A stretch of DNA of 64,000 nt from Mycobacteriales bacterium (lineage in GTDB: Bacteria > Actinomycetota > Actinomycetes > JALYNC01). The translations under genes were made by a program, and so were the position numbers. This document shows positions 27,295-37,369 of the stretch, in pieces. Positions within the stretch are counted from its first letter, which is position 1, and each line of letters begins with the position of its first letter. Location of the stretch: NCBI GenBank assembly GCA_038253225.1, contig JBBSHH010000003.1, forward strand, positions 545-64,544, given 5' to 3'. Below the pieces are notes generated by a model. It searched no databases and had not been told where the DNA came from. It saw nothing but the letters and a program-made list of their open reading frames with translations.

Positions 27295-28478
27295 CCCCCG
27301 AGCAGGCTCCGGTACAGCCGTGCGGTCCGCGCGGCGATCGCCGGCCAGCTGAAGTGCTGCACGGCCCGGTCCCGACCGGCCCGCCCCATCGCGGCAGCCC
27401 GGGCCGGGTCGGCGAGCAGCGCGTTGACCCGCTCGGCGATGGCGGCCGCGAAGCCGGCCGGGTCGCGGGGTTCACCGGTGCCGTCCTCGACCGGCTCGAT
27501 CGGGATCAGCAGCCCCGTCTCGCCGTCGGCGACCACCTCCGGGATGCCGCCGGTCGCGGTCGCGACGACCGCTGTCTGGCAGGCCATCGCCTCGAGGTTG
27601 ACGATGCCCATCGGCTCGTAGACCGAGGGGCAGACGAACACCGTCGCGCCGGTCAGCAACGAGATCACCTCCGGCTTGGGCAGCATCTCCTCGATCCACA
27701 CCACCCCGGCCCGGTCGCGGCGCAGCTCCCCGACCAGCCCGGCCACCTCCGCGCCGATCTCCGCGGTGTCGGGCGCTCCCGCGCAGAGCACGAGCTGGGC
27801 CTCCGGCGCGAAGCTGCGCGCCGCCCGCAGCAGGTGCGGCACGCCCTTCTGCCGGGTGATCCGGCCGACGAAGACCACGGACGGCCGGTCCGGGTCGACG
27901 CCGTAGCGCTCGGCCACCTCGGTGGAGTGGTCCGGTGCGTACTCGTCGGTGTCGATGCCGTTGTGGATCACCTGGACCTTGGCCGGGTCGACGGCGGGGT
28001 AGCTCGCCAGCACATCCCGCCGCATCCCGTCGCTGACCGCGATCACCGCGTCGGCGGCCTCGATCGCGGTGCGCTCGCACCACCCGGAGATCGCGTAGCC
28101 GCCGCCGAGCTGCTCGACCTTCCACGGCCGTAGCGGCTCCAGGCTGTGCGTCGTCACCACGTGCGGTACGCCGTGGAGCAGGTGGGCGAGGTGGCCGCCG
28201 AGGTTGGCATACCAGGTGTGGCTGTGCACCAGGTCGGCCGATCCCGCCGCGGCCGCGAGGGCGAGGTCGACCGACATCACCTGCAGCGCGGGGTTGGCCG
28301 CGGCCAGCCGCTGCCACGGACGCTCGGCCTGCGCGCCCGGGCGGTCGGCGCCGAAGCAGTGCACGTCGACATCGACGGCGGGTAGCCGGCCCAGCTCCCG
28401 GGCGAGGTACTCGACGTGCACGCCGGCTCCGCCGTACACCTCCGGCGGGTACTCCCGCGTCATCAGCCCGATCCGCAT
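27291..28478 (-). CDS. glgA: GT4 glycosyltransferase, GlgA/GlgM type (alpha-maltose-1-phosphate / glycogen synthase)
   Basis: [22 protein letters not shown] at the N-terminus, GT4 EX7E region ([33 protein letters not shown]), and divergent arrangement with glgC as in Rv1212c/Rv1213. Confidence 0.9.
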   Translation of the reverse strand: MRIGLMTREYPPEVYGGAGVHVEYLARELGRLPAVDVDVHCFGADRPGAQAERPWQRLAAANPALQVMSVDLALAAAAGSADLVHSHTWYANLGGHLAHLLHGVPHVVTTHSLEPLRPWKVEQLGGGYAISGWCERTAIEAADAVIAVSDGMRRDVLASYPAVDPAKVQVIHNGIDTDEYAPDHSTEVAERYGVDPDRPSVVFVGRITRQKGVPHLLRAARSFAPEAQLVLCAGAPDTAEIGAEVAGLVGELRRDRAGVVWIEEMLPKPEVISLLTGATVFVCPSVYEPMGIVNLEAMACQTAVVATATGGIPEVVADGETGLLIPIEPVEDGTGEPRDPAGFAAAIAERVNALLADPARAAAMGRAGRDRAVQHFSWPAIAARTARLYRSLLGG

Positions 28479-28542
28479 CCGCGGGACTCTAGCCACCGGC
28501 GGCCGCTGCCCTCACGCCGGCAACACCGTTAGGGTGCCGGCT

Positions 28543-29778
28543 ATGGCCGCCGCCCGGGTGCTCGGGATCGTCCTCGCCGGCGGCGAGGGAAAGCGGTTGG
28601 CGCCGCTAACCGCCGACCGGGCCAAGCCGGCGGTGCCGTTCGGCGGGGTGTACCGGCTGGTCGACTTCGTGCTCTCGAACCTCGTCAACGCCGGCTACCT
28701 GCGCATCGTCGTGCTGACCCAGTACAAGAACCACAGCCTGGATCGGCACATCACCACGACCTGGCGGATGTCGACGCTGCTCGGCAACTATGTCACGCCG
28801 GTGCCGGCCCAGCAGCGGCTCGGACCGCGCTGGTTCGCCGGCTCCGCGGACGCGATCTACCAGAGCCTGAACCTTGTTCACGACGACGCGCCGGACTACA
28901 TCTGCGTGTTCGGCGCCGACCACATCTACCGCATGGACGCCAAGCAGATGGTGGACCACCACATCGCCTCCGGCGCCGGTGTCACGGTGGCCGGGATCCG
29001 CCAGCCCATCGAGGAGGCGTACCAGTTCGGGGTCATCGAGACCGCGCCGGACGGCCGCGCCATCTCCCGGTTCCGCGAGAAGCCCAGCGACCCGGTGGGG
29101 CTGCCCGACGCGCCGGAGCAGATCTATGCCTCGATGGGCAACTACGTTTTCACGACCAGGACGCTCATCGACGCGGTGACCGCCGATGCGGCGGACGAGT
29201 CCAGCAAGCACGATCTCGGCGGCAACATCATCCCCATGCTGGTGGGTGCGGGTGAGGCGCAGGTCTATGACTTCCTGGACAACGACGTGCCGGGCGCCAC
29301 CGACCGCGACCGCGGCTACTGGCGGGACGTCGGCACGCTCGACTCGTTCTACGAGGCCCACATGGACCTCATCTCGGTGCACCCGGTCTTCAACCTCTAC
29401 AACCGCCAGTGGCCGATCTACACCTCGCTGCCCCCGCTGCCGCCGGCCAAGTTCGTGCTCGCCGAGCCGGGGCGAACCGGGCAGGCGCTCGACTCCATGG
29501 TCAGCGCGGGGGTGGTGATCTCGGGTGGGACCGTACGCACCTCGGTGCTCTCACCCGGCACTACCGTGCACTCCTACGCGCACGTCACCGGTTCGGTGCT
29601 CCTCGACAACGTCCAGGTCGGCCGGCACGCGGTCGTCCAGAACGCGATCGTCGACAAGAACGTCACGATCCCGGCGGGCGCCCAGATCGGCGTCGACCTC
29701 GAGCGCGACCGTGGCCGGTTCACCGTGTCGGCGAAGGGCATCGTGGTCATCGGCAAGGGCCAGCAGGTCGACCGCTAG
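28543..29778 (+). CDS. glgC: glucose-1-phosphate adenylyltransferase
   Basis: [31 protein letters not shown], and the full GlgC C-terminal beta-helix. ATG at 28543. Confidence 0.95.
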   Translation: MAAARVLGIVLAGGEGKRLAPLTADRAKPAVPFGGVYRLVDFVLSNLVNAGYLRIVVLTQYKNHSLDRHITTTWRMSTLLGNYVTPVPAQQRLGPRWFAGSADAIYQSLNLVHDDAPDYICVFGADHIYRMDAKQMVDHHIASGAGVTVAGIRQPIEEAYQFGVIETAPDGRAISRFREKPSDPVGLPDAPEQIYASMGNYVFTTRTLIDAVTADAADESSKHDLGGNIIPMLVGAGEAQVYDFLDNDVPGATDRDRGYWRDVGTLDSFYEAHMDLISVHPVFNLYNRQWPIYTSLPPLPPAKFVLAEPGRTGQALDSMVSAGVVISGGTVRTSVLSPGTTVHSYAHVTGSVLLDNVQVGRHAVVQNAIVDKNVTIPAGAQIGVDLERDRGRFTVSAKGIVVIGKGQQVDR

Positions 29779-29805
29779 GGCCCGGCGACAGCCGAGCAGC
29801 GGACC

Positions 29806-30192
29806 TCAGCGCACGATCTCCCGATCGGCGGCGATCTTGAGGATGATCCGCTCGCTGCCGATCGGGCTGCTGTACGGGCCGCCGGTGTACTTCCGCGCCA
29901 GCGTGTCGATGTGGGCCCGTCCTTCGGGGCCGCCGACGACCTCGACCACCCGCCCGCGGACCTCTGCCGTGTCGTAGGGGTCGTCCGCCGCGACCAGCAG
30001 CACGCTGACCCGGGGGTCGCGGGCGACGTTGTGGCTGCGCTGACGCTCGCGCTCGGTGTTGACCAGCAGGTGCTCCCCGTCGGTGTCGATCCACACCAGC
30101 TGCGCCTGCGGAGAACCGTCGGGCATCAACGTGACCACGGTGGCGAAGTTCTTCCCGGCCGCGAGTCGCCGGACGTGTTCGTGCAAGGGCAT
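29806..30192 (-). CDS. PPOX class F420-dependent oxidoreductase (pyridoxamine 5-prime-phosphate oxidase-like)
   Basis: 128 aa. FATVVTLMPDGSPQAQLVW split-barrel signature. ATG at 30192 with GGAGG SD. The rest of the 394-aa track ORF is low-complexity. Confidence 0.8.
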   Translation of the reverse strand: MPLHEHVRRLAAGKNFATVVTLMPDGSPQAQLVWIDTDGEHLLVNTERERQRSHNVARDPRVSVLLVAADDPYDTAEVRGRVVEVVGGPEGRAHIDTLARKYTGGPYSSPIGSERIILKIAADREIVR

Positions 30193-30239
30193 GGTACCTC
30201 CACGATTGGCGACGTCGGCACGTCCGGTCGGCGCGCCGC

Positions 30240-31781
30240 TCAGATCCGGTCGGCGAACTCCGCCGTGAAGTCGGGCAGGGTGTCCAGTGAGACGCCCAGA
30301 CCGTCGGCGACCCGCCGGCCGTACTCCGCGTCGCACTGGGTGAAGTGCCAAATCATCCGCTCCTGCACGGACTTCTCGCACTGGCCGAGCAGCGTGGTGA
30401 AGTTCAGCACGAGGTCGTCCTTCTCGGCCTCGGAGAGCTCGTAGCCGACCAGTTCTCCGCGCCAGCGCTGGCCGACCTGGCCGTAGGGGTTCTTCCGGTC
30501 GATCGCCTTGCGCTGCAGCGGGCCGGAGATCTCCGGCTCGTACGCCGCGCCGCCGGGCGTAGCCTCGCGCAGCCCGGCGAGGCCGGACGGCTCGAAGTTG
30601 ATGTGCGGGTTGGCACCGACGTTGTCCCGGCCGTAGGACATCAGCCCACCGGTCTGGTTGGTGCTGACCGGGATGCCCTCCGCGGGCCGGTTGACCGGCA
30701 GCTGCTGGTAGTTCGGCCCGACCCGGTAGCGCTGGGTGTCGGAGTAGGAGAACGTCCGGCCGACCAGCATCTTGTCGTCGGAGAAGTCCAGCCCGTCGAC
30801 CAGTACGCCGGTGCCGAACGCGACCTGCTCGTTTTCGTCGTGGTGGCTGGTGACGTTGCGGTTGAGCGTCATGACGCCGACCGGGAGCAGCGGGAACTGG
30901 TCCTCGGGCCAGACCTTGGTGTCGTCGAGCGGGTCGAAGTCGAGCTCCGGGTGCTCGTCGTCGCTCATGACCTGGACGCAGAGCTCCCACTGCGGGAAGT
31001 CCCCGCTCTCGATCGCCTCGTAGATGTCCCTGGAGGCGTGGCCGAGCTCGGTCGCCTGGACGGCGTCGGCCTGGGCCTGGGTCAGCGACTCGATCCCCTG
31101 TCGAGTCTTCCAGTGGTACTTGACCAGCACCGCCTCCCCGGCGGCGTTGACCATCGTGTAGGTGTTGACCCCGAAGCCGTCCATGTGCCGGTAGTCCGCG
31201 GGTATGCCGCGCGTGCTGAACAGAAACGAGAGCATGTGCATGCTCTCCGGCGTCTGCGACATGAAGTCGAAGATGCGGTTGGGCTCCTGGCGGAAGGTCA
31301 CCGGGTCCGGCTTGAGGGAGTGGATGACGTCCGGGAACTTGATCGCGTCGCGGATGAAGAACACCGCGAGGTCGTTGCCGACCAGGTCCCAGTTGCCGTC
31401 CTCGGTGCGCAGCTTGACCGCGAAGCCACGCGGGTCACGGGACACCTCGGAGGAGTCGCGGCCACCGATGACCGTGGAGAGGCGGATCGTGACCGGGGTC
31501 TTGGTGCCCTTGTCCTGGAACAGCTTCGCCCGGGTGTAGGTCGACGCTGGCTGGTCGCCGATGGTGCCGTTGGCCTCGAACTCGCCGTGCGCGACGAACC
31601 CGCGGGCGTGCACCACCCGCTCGGGAATCCGCTCCCGGTCGAAGTGGCTGATCTTCTCGAGGAAGTGGTAGTTCTCCAGCGTCGCCGGGCCGCGGCGCCC
31701 GACGGTGCGCTGGTTCTGGTTGTCGACGATCGGGTGTCCCTGCCGGTCGGTCAGGACGTCGCGGCTCTCTTGGGTGGTCAT
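30240..31781 (-). CDS. katA: monofunctional heme catalase
   Basis: [13 protein letters not shown] (distal His), [21 protein letters not shown], and [14 protein letters not shown] (proximal Tyr region). ATG at 31781, 4-nt overlap with the fur stop. Confidence 0.95.
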   Translation of the reverse strand: MTTQESRDVLTDRQGHPIVDNQNQRTVGRRGPATLENYHFLEKISHFDRERIPERVVHARGFVAHGEFEANGTIGDQPASTYTRAKLFQDKGTKTPVTIRLSTVIGGRDSSEVSRDPRGFAVKLRTEDGNWDLVGNDLAVFFIRDAIKFPDVIHSLKPDPVTFRQEPNRIFDFMSQTPESMHMLSFLFSTRGIPADYRHMDGFGVNTYTMVNAAGEAVLVKYHWKTRQGIESLTQAQADAVQATELGHASRDIYEAIESGDFPQWELCVQVMSDDEHPELDFDPLDDTKVWPEDQFPLLPVGVMTLNRNVTSHHDENEQVAFGTGVLVDGLDFSDDKMLVGRTFSYSDTQRYRVGPNYQQLPVNRPAEGIPVSTNQTGGLMSYGRDNVGANPHINFEPSGLAGLREATPGGAAYEPEISGPLQRKAIDRKNPYGQVGQRWRGELVGYELSEAEKDDLVLNFTTLLGQCEKSVQERMIWHFTQCDAEYGRRVADGLGVSLDTLPDFTAEFADRI

Positions 31782-32251
31782 GCTGTTCCCCTCTCGTCGG
31801 ACGTGGTCCCGGACGGCGTCTCGATCCGGGCCGTGCAGGCCTGGCAGCGGCCCCAGAACGTCACCTCTGCCTCGTCCACCACGAAGCCGGCCGCACCGGA
31901 GGGGTCGAGGCAGGGCGCCGACCCGACCGCGCAGTCGATGTCGGCGGTGGCGCCGCAGTCGCGGCACACGACGTGGTGGTGGTTGTCGCCGACCCGGGCC
32001 TCGAACAGCGCAGGGCTTCCGGCCGGCTCGATCCGGCGAACCAACCCGGCGGTCGTGAACGCCCGCAGGATGTCGTAGACGGCCTGCGTGGACAACGACC
32101 CCAACCGCTCCCGGGCGGCGCCGGCGATCGTCTCGACGTCCCGATGCTGCCCCTCGGGCAGCGCCGCGAAGACGGCCAGTCGGGGGGCGGTCACCCGCAG
32201 GCCGGCGGCCCGGACCCGACTGGCGACGTCCATGGGCTCGACCGGAGTCAT
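31778..32251 (-). CDS. fur: Fur family transcriptional regulator (FurA/CatR-like peroxide-responsive regulator)
   Basis: [26 protein letters not shown]...C-x2-C metal site. Immediately upstream of the catalase and co-directional. Confidence 0.85.
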   Translation of the reverse strand: MTPVEPMDVASRVRAAGLRVTAPRLAVFAALPEGQHRDVETIAGAARERLGSLSTQAVYDILRAFTTAGLVRRIEPAGSPALFEARVGDNHHHVVCRDCGATADIDCAVGSAPCLDPSGAAGFVVDEAEVTFWGRCQACTARIETPSGTTSDERGTA

Positions 32252-32323
32252 TGCGCGCAGCCTGCCACGGCTAACTTGATCGAGTCAAATCAGCGAACCG
32301 GTCAACGGGCAGCCGGCCGGGCG

Positions 32324-32968
32324 TCAGCCGCGTTTGACCGCCACCAGCAGCCCGTCACCGACCGGCAGCAGCGCCGGCACCAGCCGCTCGTCGTCGCGCA
32401 TGCTCCGGCCCAGTTCCCGCACCACGGTGGTCTCCGGGTCCCGCGCGGAGGGGTCGGCGACCCGGTCGTGCCACAGCGCGTTGTCGAACGCCGCCACCCC
32501 GCCCGGGCGCAGCAGCCGCAGCGCCTCGGTGAGATAGTCGGCGTACTCCGTCTTCTCGCCGTCACAGAAGACGAGGTCGTAGCCGCCGTCGGTCAGCCGC
32601 GGCAAGACCTCGAGGGCCGGCCCGTTGATCATCCGGACCCGCCCGGGTGGGAAGCCGGCCTCGGTGTAGCTCTGGCGGGCCAGCCGCTGGTGCTCGGCCT
32701 CGATGTCGACGCTGGTCAGGACGCTGTCGGTCGGCATGCCGCGGAGCAGCCAGATGCCGGACACACCGCAGCCGGTGCCGATCTCGACCACGTGTCGGGC
32801 CCGGAGCGTGGCTGCGAGGAACCGCAGCGTCGCCCCGCCACCGGCGCCGATCGGGACCGCACCGACCTCGGTGCCGCGCTGGCGGGCCGCCGCGAGCGCG
32901 GCGTCCTCCGGCAGGTAGGCGTCGGCGTAGTCGCGGCTGGCCTGCGCCCCCGCTGGTCCCGTGCTGAT
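32324..32968 (-). CDS. class I SAM-dependent O-methyltransferase (family 3, Rv1220c-like)
   Basis: [19 protein letters not shown] motif [10 protein letters not shown], and LLRPGGV. The conserved N-terminus ([21 protein letters not shown]) extends upstream of the only canonical start, GTG at 32791. An in-frame stop lies at 33002-33004. Confidence 0.8.
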   Translation of the reverse strand: MSTGPAGAQASRDYADAYLPEDAALAAARQRGTEVGAVPIGAGGGATLRFLAATLRARHVVEIGTGCGVSGIWLLRGMPTDSVLTSVDIEAEHQRLARQSYTEAGFPPGRVRMINGPALEVLPRLTDGGYDLVFCDGEKTEYADYLTEALRLLRPGGVAAFDNALWHDRVADPSARDPETTVVRELGRSMRDDERLVPALLPVGDGLLVAVKRG

Positions 32969-33016
32969 GGCGGCCTCCCCGGATCGACTCGGACCGCGAG
33001 CCTAGCGGGGACGGCG

Positions 33017-33042
33017 GGAACCCGGTCCCGGCGCGTTCCGTT
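33017..33042 (+). promoter_or_regulatory. ECF sigma-E type promoter (GGAAC-N17-CGTT) upstream of sigE, predicted autoregulatory
   Basis: gGGAACccggtcccggcgcgttcCGTTgg lies about 60 nt upstream of the sigE ATG and matches the ECF02/SigE consensus in sequence and spacer length. Confidence 0.6.
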
Positions 33043-33100
33043 GGCTGAGGACGGGGTTCGACCGGGTGGCCCGTGGCCCGCGGCGCAGGAAGGCGGCACC

Positions 33101-33739
33101 ATGGTGGGGACGGATGTGGTGCCCGGTTCCGACGCCCGGCCGGCGGGAGGTGTCTTCGTGGTGGAGCGTCCCGAGCCCGCCGACCTCCCCGTCGAGTGGA
33201 CTCCGCCGAGCTGGGACGAAGTGGTCCGCACCCATTCGGCCCGGGTGTACCGGCTGGCCTACCGGCTGACCGGCAACCAGCATGACGCCGAGGACCTCAC
33301 CCAGGAGGTCTTCGTCCGGGTCTTCCGGTCGTTGGGGTCCTACACGCCTGGCACGTTCGAGGGTTGGCTGCACCGCATCACCACGAACCTGTTTCTCGAC
33401 CTGGTCCGCCGGCGGGCCAGGATCCGGTTCGAGGGTCTGCCGGAGGACGCCGAGCGGATCCCCGGTCGCGAGCGCACCCCGGCACAGGTCTACGACGACA
33501 CCCACCTCGACGGCGACGTGCAGGCGGCGCTGGACGGCCTGCTCCCGGAGTTCCGGGCCGCCGTGGTGCTCTGCGACATCGAGGGCCTGTCCTACGAGGA
33601 GATCGCCGCGACGCTCGGGATCAAGCTGGGTACGGTCCGCAGCCGCATCCACCGGGGCCGGGCGGCGTTGCGCGCCGCCCTCGGGCACCGGGCCCCGGAG
33701 CCCGACGGGGACCGCACGGCCGATGGAGGTTCCGCGTGA
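33101..33739 (+). CDS. sigE: ECF RNA polymerase sigma factor SigE
   Basis: Region 2 ([17 protein letters not shown]...[15 protein letters not shown]) and region 4 ([25 protein letters not shown]). ATG at 33101 with AGGAAGG SD. Confidence 0.9.
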   Translation: MVGTDVVPGSDARPAGGVFVVERPEPADLPVEWTPPSWDEVVRTHSARVYRLAYRLTGNQHDAEDLTQEVFVRVFRSLGSYTPGTFEGWLHRITTNLFLDLVRRRARIRFEGLPEDAERIPGRERTPAQVYDDTHLDGDVQAALDGLLPEFRAAVVLCDIEGLSYEEIAATLGIKLGTVRSRIHRGRAALRAALGHRAPEPDGDRTADGGSA

Positions 33740-34302
33740 GCATCCGTCCCTCCCCCAGCTCCCGGGCGCACCTGGGGGAGACCGCGGCGCCCCTGGTCGA
33801 CGGCGAGCTCGGCCACGCCGCCCGCGACGCCGCGTTGGCGCACCTGGCCGGCTGCGCCCGGTGCCGCGCCGAGGTCGACAGCCAGCGTCGGGCCAAGGTC
33901 CGGATCTCCGGCCTGACCGGCCCGGTCCCCGGCGCCGATCTGCTCGCCCGGCTGCAGGCCATCGGCTCCGACGCCGACCGGCCGCCGCCCCGCCCGTCCC
34001 CGCCGCCGCGGCGGCCGCGGCTGATCGGTCGACGGCCGCTACCCGCCCGCCCGCCCGCCCGCCGCCCGGCCGGCGGCCGGAGCCGGCTGCGCTACACCGT
34101 CGCCGGCGCGACGTCGGTGGTGCTGCTCAGCGTCGGGATGTCGCTGCTCGGCGCCGGGGAGAACGACCCGGGCCAGCGGATCACCCCCGCGGTCGACCGG
34201 TTCGCCGAGGAGCATGCCGCCACCACCGGCGAGGTGCCGTTCACCGAGCCGGCCGTCGGGGCGGCGGTGTCCGTCTCGTTCGCCACGTCGGCGCGGCCGT
34301 GA
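33736..34302 (+). CDS. rseA: anti-sigma-E factor RseA (zinc-associated anti-sigma, HxxxCxxC)
   Basis: GTG overlaps the sigE stop (GTGA). [12 protein letters not shown] motif. Pro/Arg-rich linker, then a TM helix ([14 protein letters not shown]). Confidence 0.8.
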   Translation: MSIRPSPSSRAHLGETAAPLVDGELGHAARDAALAHLAGCARCRAEVDSQRRAKVRISGLTGPVPGADLLARLQAIGSDADRPPPRPSPPPRRPRLIGRRPLPARPPARRPAGGRSRLRYTVAGATSVVLLSVGMSLLGAGENDPGQRITPAVDRFAEEHAATTGEVPFTEPAVGAAVSVSFATSARP

Positions 34303-35414
34303 GCGCAGCCGGCCTCGCGCCGCGGCCGGCGCGGGTCCGGGCGCTCATACTCGCCGCCGGCCTGGGCACGGTGAGCAGCGTCGGGCTGCTCAGCGAGCCC
34401 GGCCTCGCCGCCGGTCCGCCGCTGGTGACCCGGGCTGCGCCCGCGGCCGGCGACCCGGGGGCGCTCGCCCTGCTCCGGCGCGCCTCCAGGGCGGCCTACG
34501 GGACGTCCTACCGCGGGGTGCAGTACGTCTCGTCGTGGGGCGACGGGGCGGCCACCAGCGTCGTCGTGGAGGTCGCGCACCGGGCCGGGGCGGGTTCGCT
34601 GGTCCGGGTCGAGTCCACGGCGGCGGGCGGCGGGGTGAGCGTCTACGAGAGCGACTCGCGGGCGGGGGCGGCCGAGGTGGACGCGCCCGGGGGCGCGCTG
34701 GCCCTGCTGGAACGCAACTTCGTCGTACGGATGGGCTGGCCGGACCAGGTCGCCGGCCACCGCGCCGACGTGGTGGAGGTCCGCCGCCCGGCCGGCTCGC
34801 TCGCGGCCCGGCTCTGGCTCGACCACCGCACCGGCCTGGTGCTGCGTCGGGAGGTGCACGACACGCACGGGCGGCTGGTCCGGGCCAGTGCGTTCGTGCA
34901 GCTCGACGTCGGCGAACCCGGCGCCGTACCGCAACCGGTGGCCGACCGCGGCCAGGCCCTGCCACCGCCGTGGGGAGCGCGGCTGACCGCGGCCCAGCTG
35001 GCTGGGATGCGCACGGCCGGCTGGGCGGTGCCGCAGTCGCTGCCGCCGGACCTCAGCCGCTACGACGCACGGGCCCGGACCGCCGGCGGCCGGCAGGTGC
35101 TGCACCTGTCCTACTCCGACGGGCTGTCCACGGTGTCGATGTTCGAGCAGCGCGGCCGGCTGGCCGATGCGGACCTGCACGACTGGCGCAAGACCCGGCT
35201 GGCCGGCGCCACCGTCTACGTCCGGGACACCCTCCCGCAGCGGCTGTCCTGGGCCAGCCGTGGGATGGTGTACACCCTGATCGCCGACGCCCCACCGGAG
35301 ACGGTCGAGGCGGTGGTGCGCAGCTTGCCGCACGGGAGAAGGTCGGTGGGGTTCGTGACCCGGGTGCACCGCGGACTGGTGCGGATCGGGTCGTGGTTCA
35401 ACCCGTTCGGCTGA
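34299..35414 (+). CDS. MucB/RseB-like sigma-E regulatory protein
   Basis: GTG overlaps the rseA stop (GTGA). N-terminal signal or TM segment. The core LLERNFVVRMGWPDQVAGHRADVVEVRRPAGSLAARLWLDHRTGLVLRREVHDTHGRLVRASAFVQLDVG parallels the E. coli RseB region LERSYQL...LWVDRDTGLLLK..V....G.L.E...F.SL. Confidence 0.7.
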   Translation: MSAAGLAPRPARVRALILAAGLGTVSSVGLLSEPGLAAGPPLVTRAAPAAGDPGALALLRRASRAAYGTSYRGVQYVSSWGDGAATSVVVEVAHRAGAGSLVRVESTAAGGGVSVYESDSRAGAAEVDAPGGALALLERNFVVRMGWPDQVAGHRADVVEVRRPAGSLAARLWLDHRTGLVLRREVHDTHGRLVRASAFVQLDVGEPGAVPQPVADRGQALPPPWGARLTAAQLAGMRTAGWAVPQSLPPDLSRYDARARTAGGRQVLHLSYSDGLSTVSMFEQRGRLADADLHDWRKTRLAGATVYVRDTLPQRLSWASRGMVYTLIADAPPETVEAVVRSLPHGRRSVGFVTRVHRGLVRIGSWFNPFG

Positions 35415-35432
35415 TCGACCCCGCCCGACCGG

Positions 35433-36902
35433 TTGTCGGGCCGCCCGACGCCTCGAGGAAACGACACCGCGATGACTGACGACGACCGCACCGAGCGCCT
35501 TCCCGGCGCGGACCCGCAGGCCGCCCCGTGGTGGTCGCGCCCCGCGGCGGAGGACCCGTGGCGCCCGCCGGCCGAGCCCCCCGCCGACGCCCCGACGTAC
35601 ACCGACACCGCACCGATCCCCCCGGTCGGCGGCGGCTCGCAGCCCGGCGCGACCCGGATCGACCCGGCTCCCGGCCCGACCGGCACGGCGACGCGTCCGG
35701 TCGAGGGCTGGGGGTATCCGGTCGACACGGTCGGGCGGCCGGTCGGCGGTACCCGGCGGTCCCTGCTGTGGCTGCTGCTGCCGGTGGCGCTGATCGCCTC
35801 GCTGGTCGGCGGCGGCATCGGGGGGTGGGTGGGTTACCGCAGCGCGGACCGTTCCCGCTCCGGTCCGCTGACCGACCAGAATGCGACGCTCGGGGCACCC
35901 ACCGGTACCACGGCCGGCTCGGCCTCTAGGCCGCCGGACTCGGTCGCCGGGATCGCCCGCAAGGTGCTGCCGAGCGTGGTCTCGATCAGCGTCCGGTCCA
36001 GCAGCAGCGCCGGCACCGGATCCGGGGTGATCCTGCGCTCGGACGACTACATCCTGACGAACAACCACGTGGTCGCCGAGGCCGGCAGCGGCGGTCGCAT
36101 CGATGTCACCTACAGCGACAACCGCACCAGCAGCGCCCGGATCGTCGGGGTCGATCCGAAGTCCGACCTGGCCGTGATCAAGGCGGCGCAGCGCGGCGGC
36201 ACGCCGGCCGAGCTCGGCAACTCCGACGACCTGGTGGTCGGTGACCCGGTGATCGCGATCGGCTCGCCGCTCGGCCTGCAGGGCACGGTGACCTCGGGCA
36301 TCGTCAGCGCCAAGAACCGGCCGGTCACCCCGAACGGCGAGGCCGGCAGCAGCAACGACGCGTTCTTCAGCGCGATCCAGACCGATGCTGCCGTCAACCC
36401 GGGCAACTCCGGCGGCCCGCTGGTCAACTCACGCGGCCAGGTCGTCGGGATCAACTCCGCGATCGCCACCCTCGGCGCCAGCAACCCCTTCGGCGGGCAG
36501 TCGGGCTCGATCGGTCTCGGCTTCGCGATCCCGATCGACCAGGCCCGCTCGGTCGCCGAGCAGCTCATTCGGACCGGCAAGGCCGCCCACCCGGTGCTCG
36601 GCGTCCGGGCGACCACGCTGAGCCCGCAGCAGGCCGAGTCGATGCCCGGGTCGCAGCCCGGCGCATTGATCTCCGGCTCCGGCACCCAGCCGGGGATCGT
36701 CTCGGGTGGGCCCGCCGACAAGGCCGGCTTGCGGGCCGGGGACATCATCGTGGCGATCGACCGCGAGCGGGTCACCGGCATCGATGAGCTGATCGTCGCG
36801 GTCCGCGCGCACCAGGTGGGAGACGTCGTCACGGTGACGTACCTGCGCGGCGGCACGTCCCACCGCGCGCGGGTCACGCTCGGCAGCGACAGTGGCGGCT
36901 GA
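35433..36902 (+). CDS. htrA: HtrA/DegP family serine protease (PepD-like) with a single PDZ domain
   Basis: Pro-rich cytoplasmic N-terminus, a TM helix, a trypsin-like domain (GTGSGVIL...TNNHVV, DLAVIK, GNSGGPLVN catalytic triad) and a PDZ domain. Confidence 0.9.
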   Translation: MSGRPTPRGNDTAMTDDDRTERLPGADPQAAPWWSRPAAEDPWRPPAEPPADAPTYTDTAPIPPVGGGSQPGATRIDPAPGPTGTATRPVEGWGYPVDTVGRPVGGTRRSLLWLLLPVALIASLVGGGIGGWVGYRSADRSRSGPLTDQNATLGAPTGTTAGSASRPPDSVAGIARKVLPSVVSISVRSSSSAGTGSGVILRSDDYILTNNHVVAEAGSGGRIDVTYSDNRTSSARIVGVDPKSDLAVIKAAQRGGTPAELGNSDDLVVGDPVIAIGSPLGLQGTVTSGIVSAKNRPVTPNGEAGSSNDAFFSAIQTDAAVNPGNSGGPLVNSRGQVVGINSAIATLGASNPFGGQSGSIGLGFAIPIDQARSVAEQLIRTGKAAHPVLGVRATTLSPQQAESMPGSQPGALISGSGTQPGIVSGGPADKAGLRAGDIIVAIDRERVTGIDELIVAVRAHQVGDVVTVTYLRGGTSHRARVTLGSDSGG

Positions 36903-36985
36903 CCGGCCGTACCCTCGGGGGTCGTGCGCCGGCGGTGCGCCCACCGCAGCGCCGCTGGTCGCGGTGATCCACCTCCGACTCCGTC

Positions 36986-37336
36986 GTGACGGGAGGCCAG
37001 GTGCTCGACCATCTCGGCGCTGGCGAGCTCGTCGTCATCGTGCTCGTCGGCCTGTTCGTGTTCGGCCCGGAGCGGCTGCCGCAGGTGGCCGCCGACTTCG
37101 GCCGGGCGCTGCGCCGCTTCCGCCAGATCGCCCAGGGGGCGACCGCCGAGCTGAAGTCCGAGCTCGGGCCGGAGATGGCCGACCTCGACCTCGCCTCGCT
37201 GAACCCGCGGACGTTCGTCCAGAAGCACCTGTTCGACGACGACGACGGGCAGTCGGCACCGACCGCCGTGGCTCGGGCCACCCAGCAGCCGCTGGCCGAG
37301 GGGGAGCGCCCGCCCTACGACCCCGACGCCACCTGA
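36986..37336 (+). CDS. tatB: Sec-independent protein translocase TatB
   Basis: LGAGELVVIVLVGLFVFGPERLP is the TatA/B N-terminal helix. An amphipathic helix and an acidic tail follow. An alternative GTG start lies at 37001. Confidence 0.85.
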   Translation: MTGGQVLDHLGAGELVVIVLVGLFVFGPERLPQVAADFGRALRRFRQIAQGATAELKSELGPEMADLDLASLNPRTFVQKHLFDDDDGQSAPTAVARATQQPLAEGERPPYDPDAT

Positions 37337-37369
37337 GGGGTCCGGTCCGAACCGTCCGGTCGGCGCGCG

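Noticed and set aside
33282-35414. 710-aa ORF apparently fusing the sigE 3-prime region, rseA and the rseB-like gene
   Set aside because: Artefact of stop-poor frames. The real genes are separate, start at the GTGA overlaps, and are partly in other frames. Only the last 372 codons, the rseB-like gene, are in this frame.
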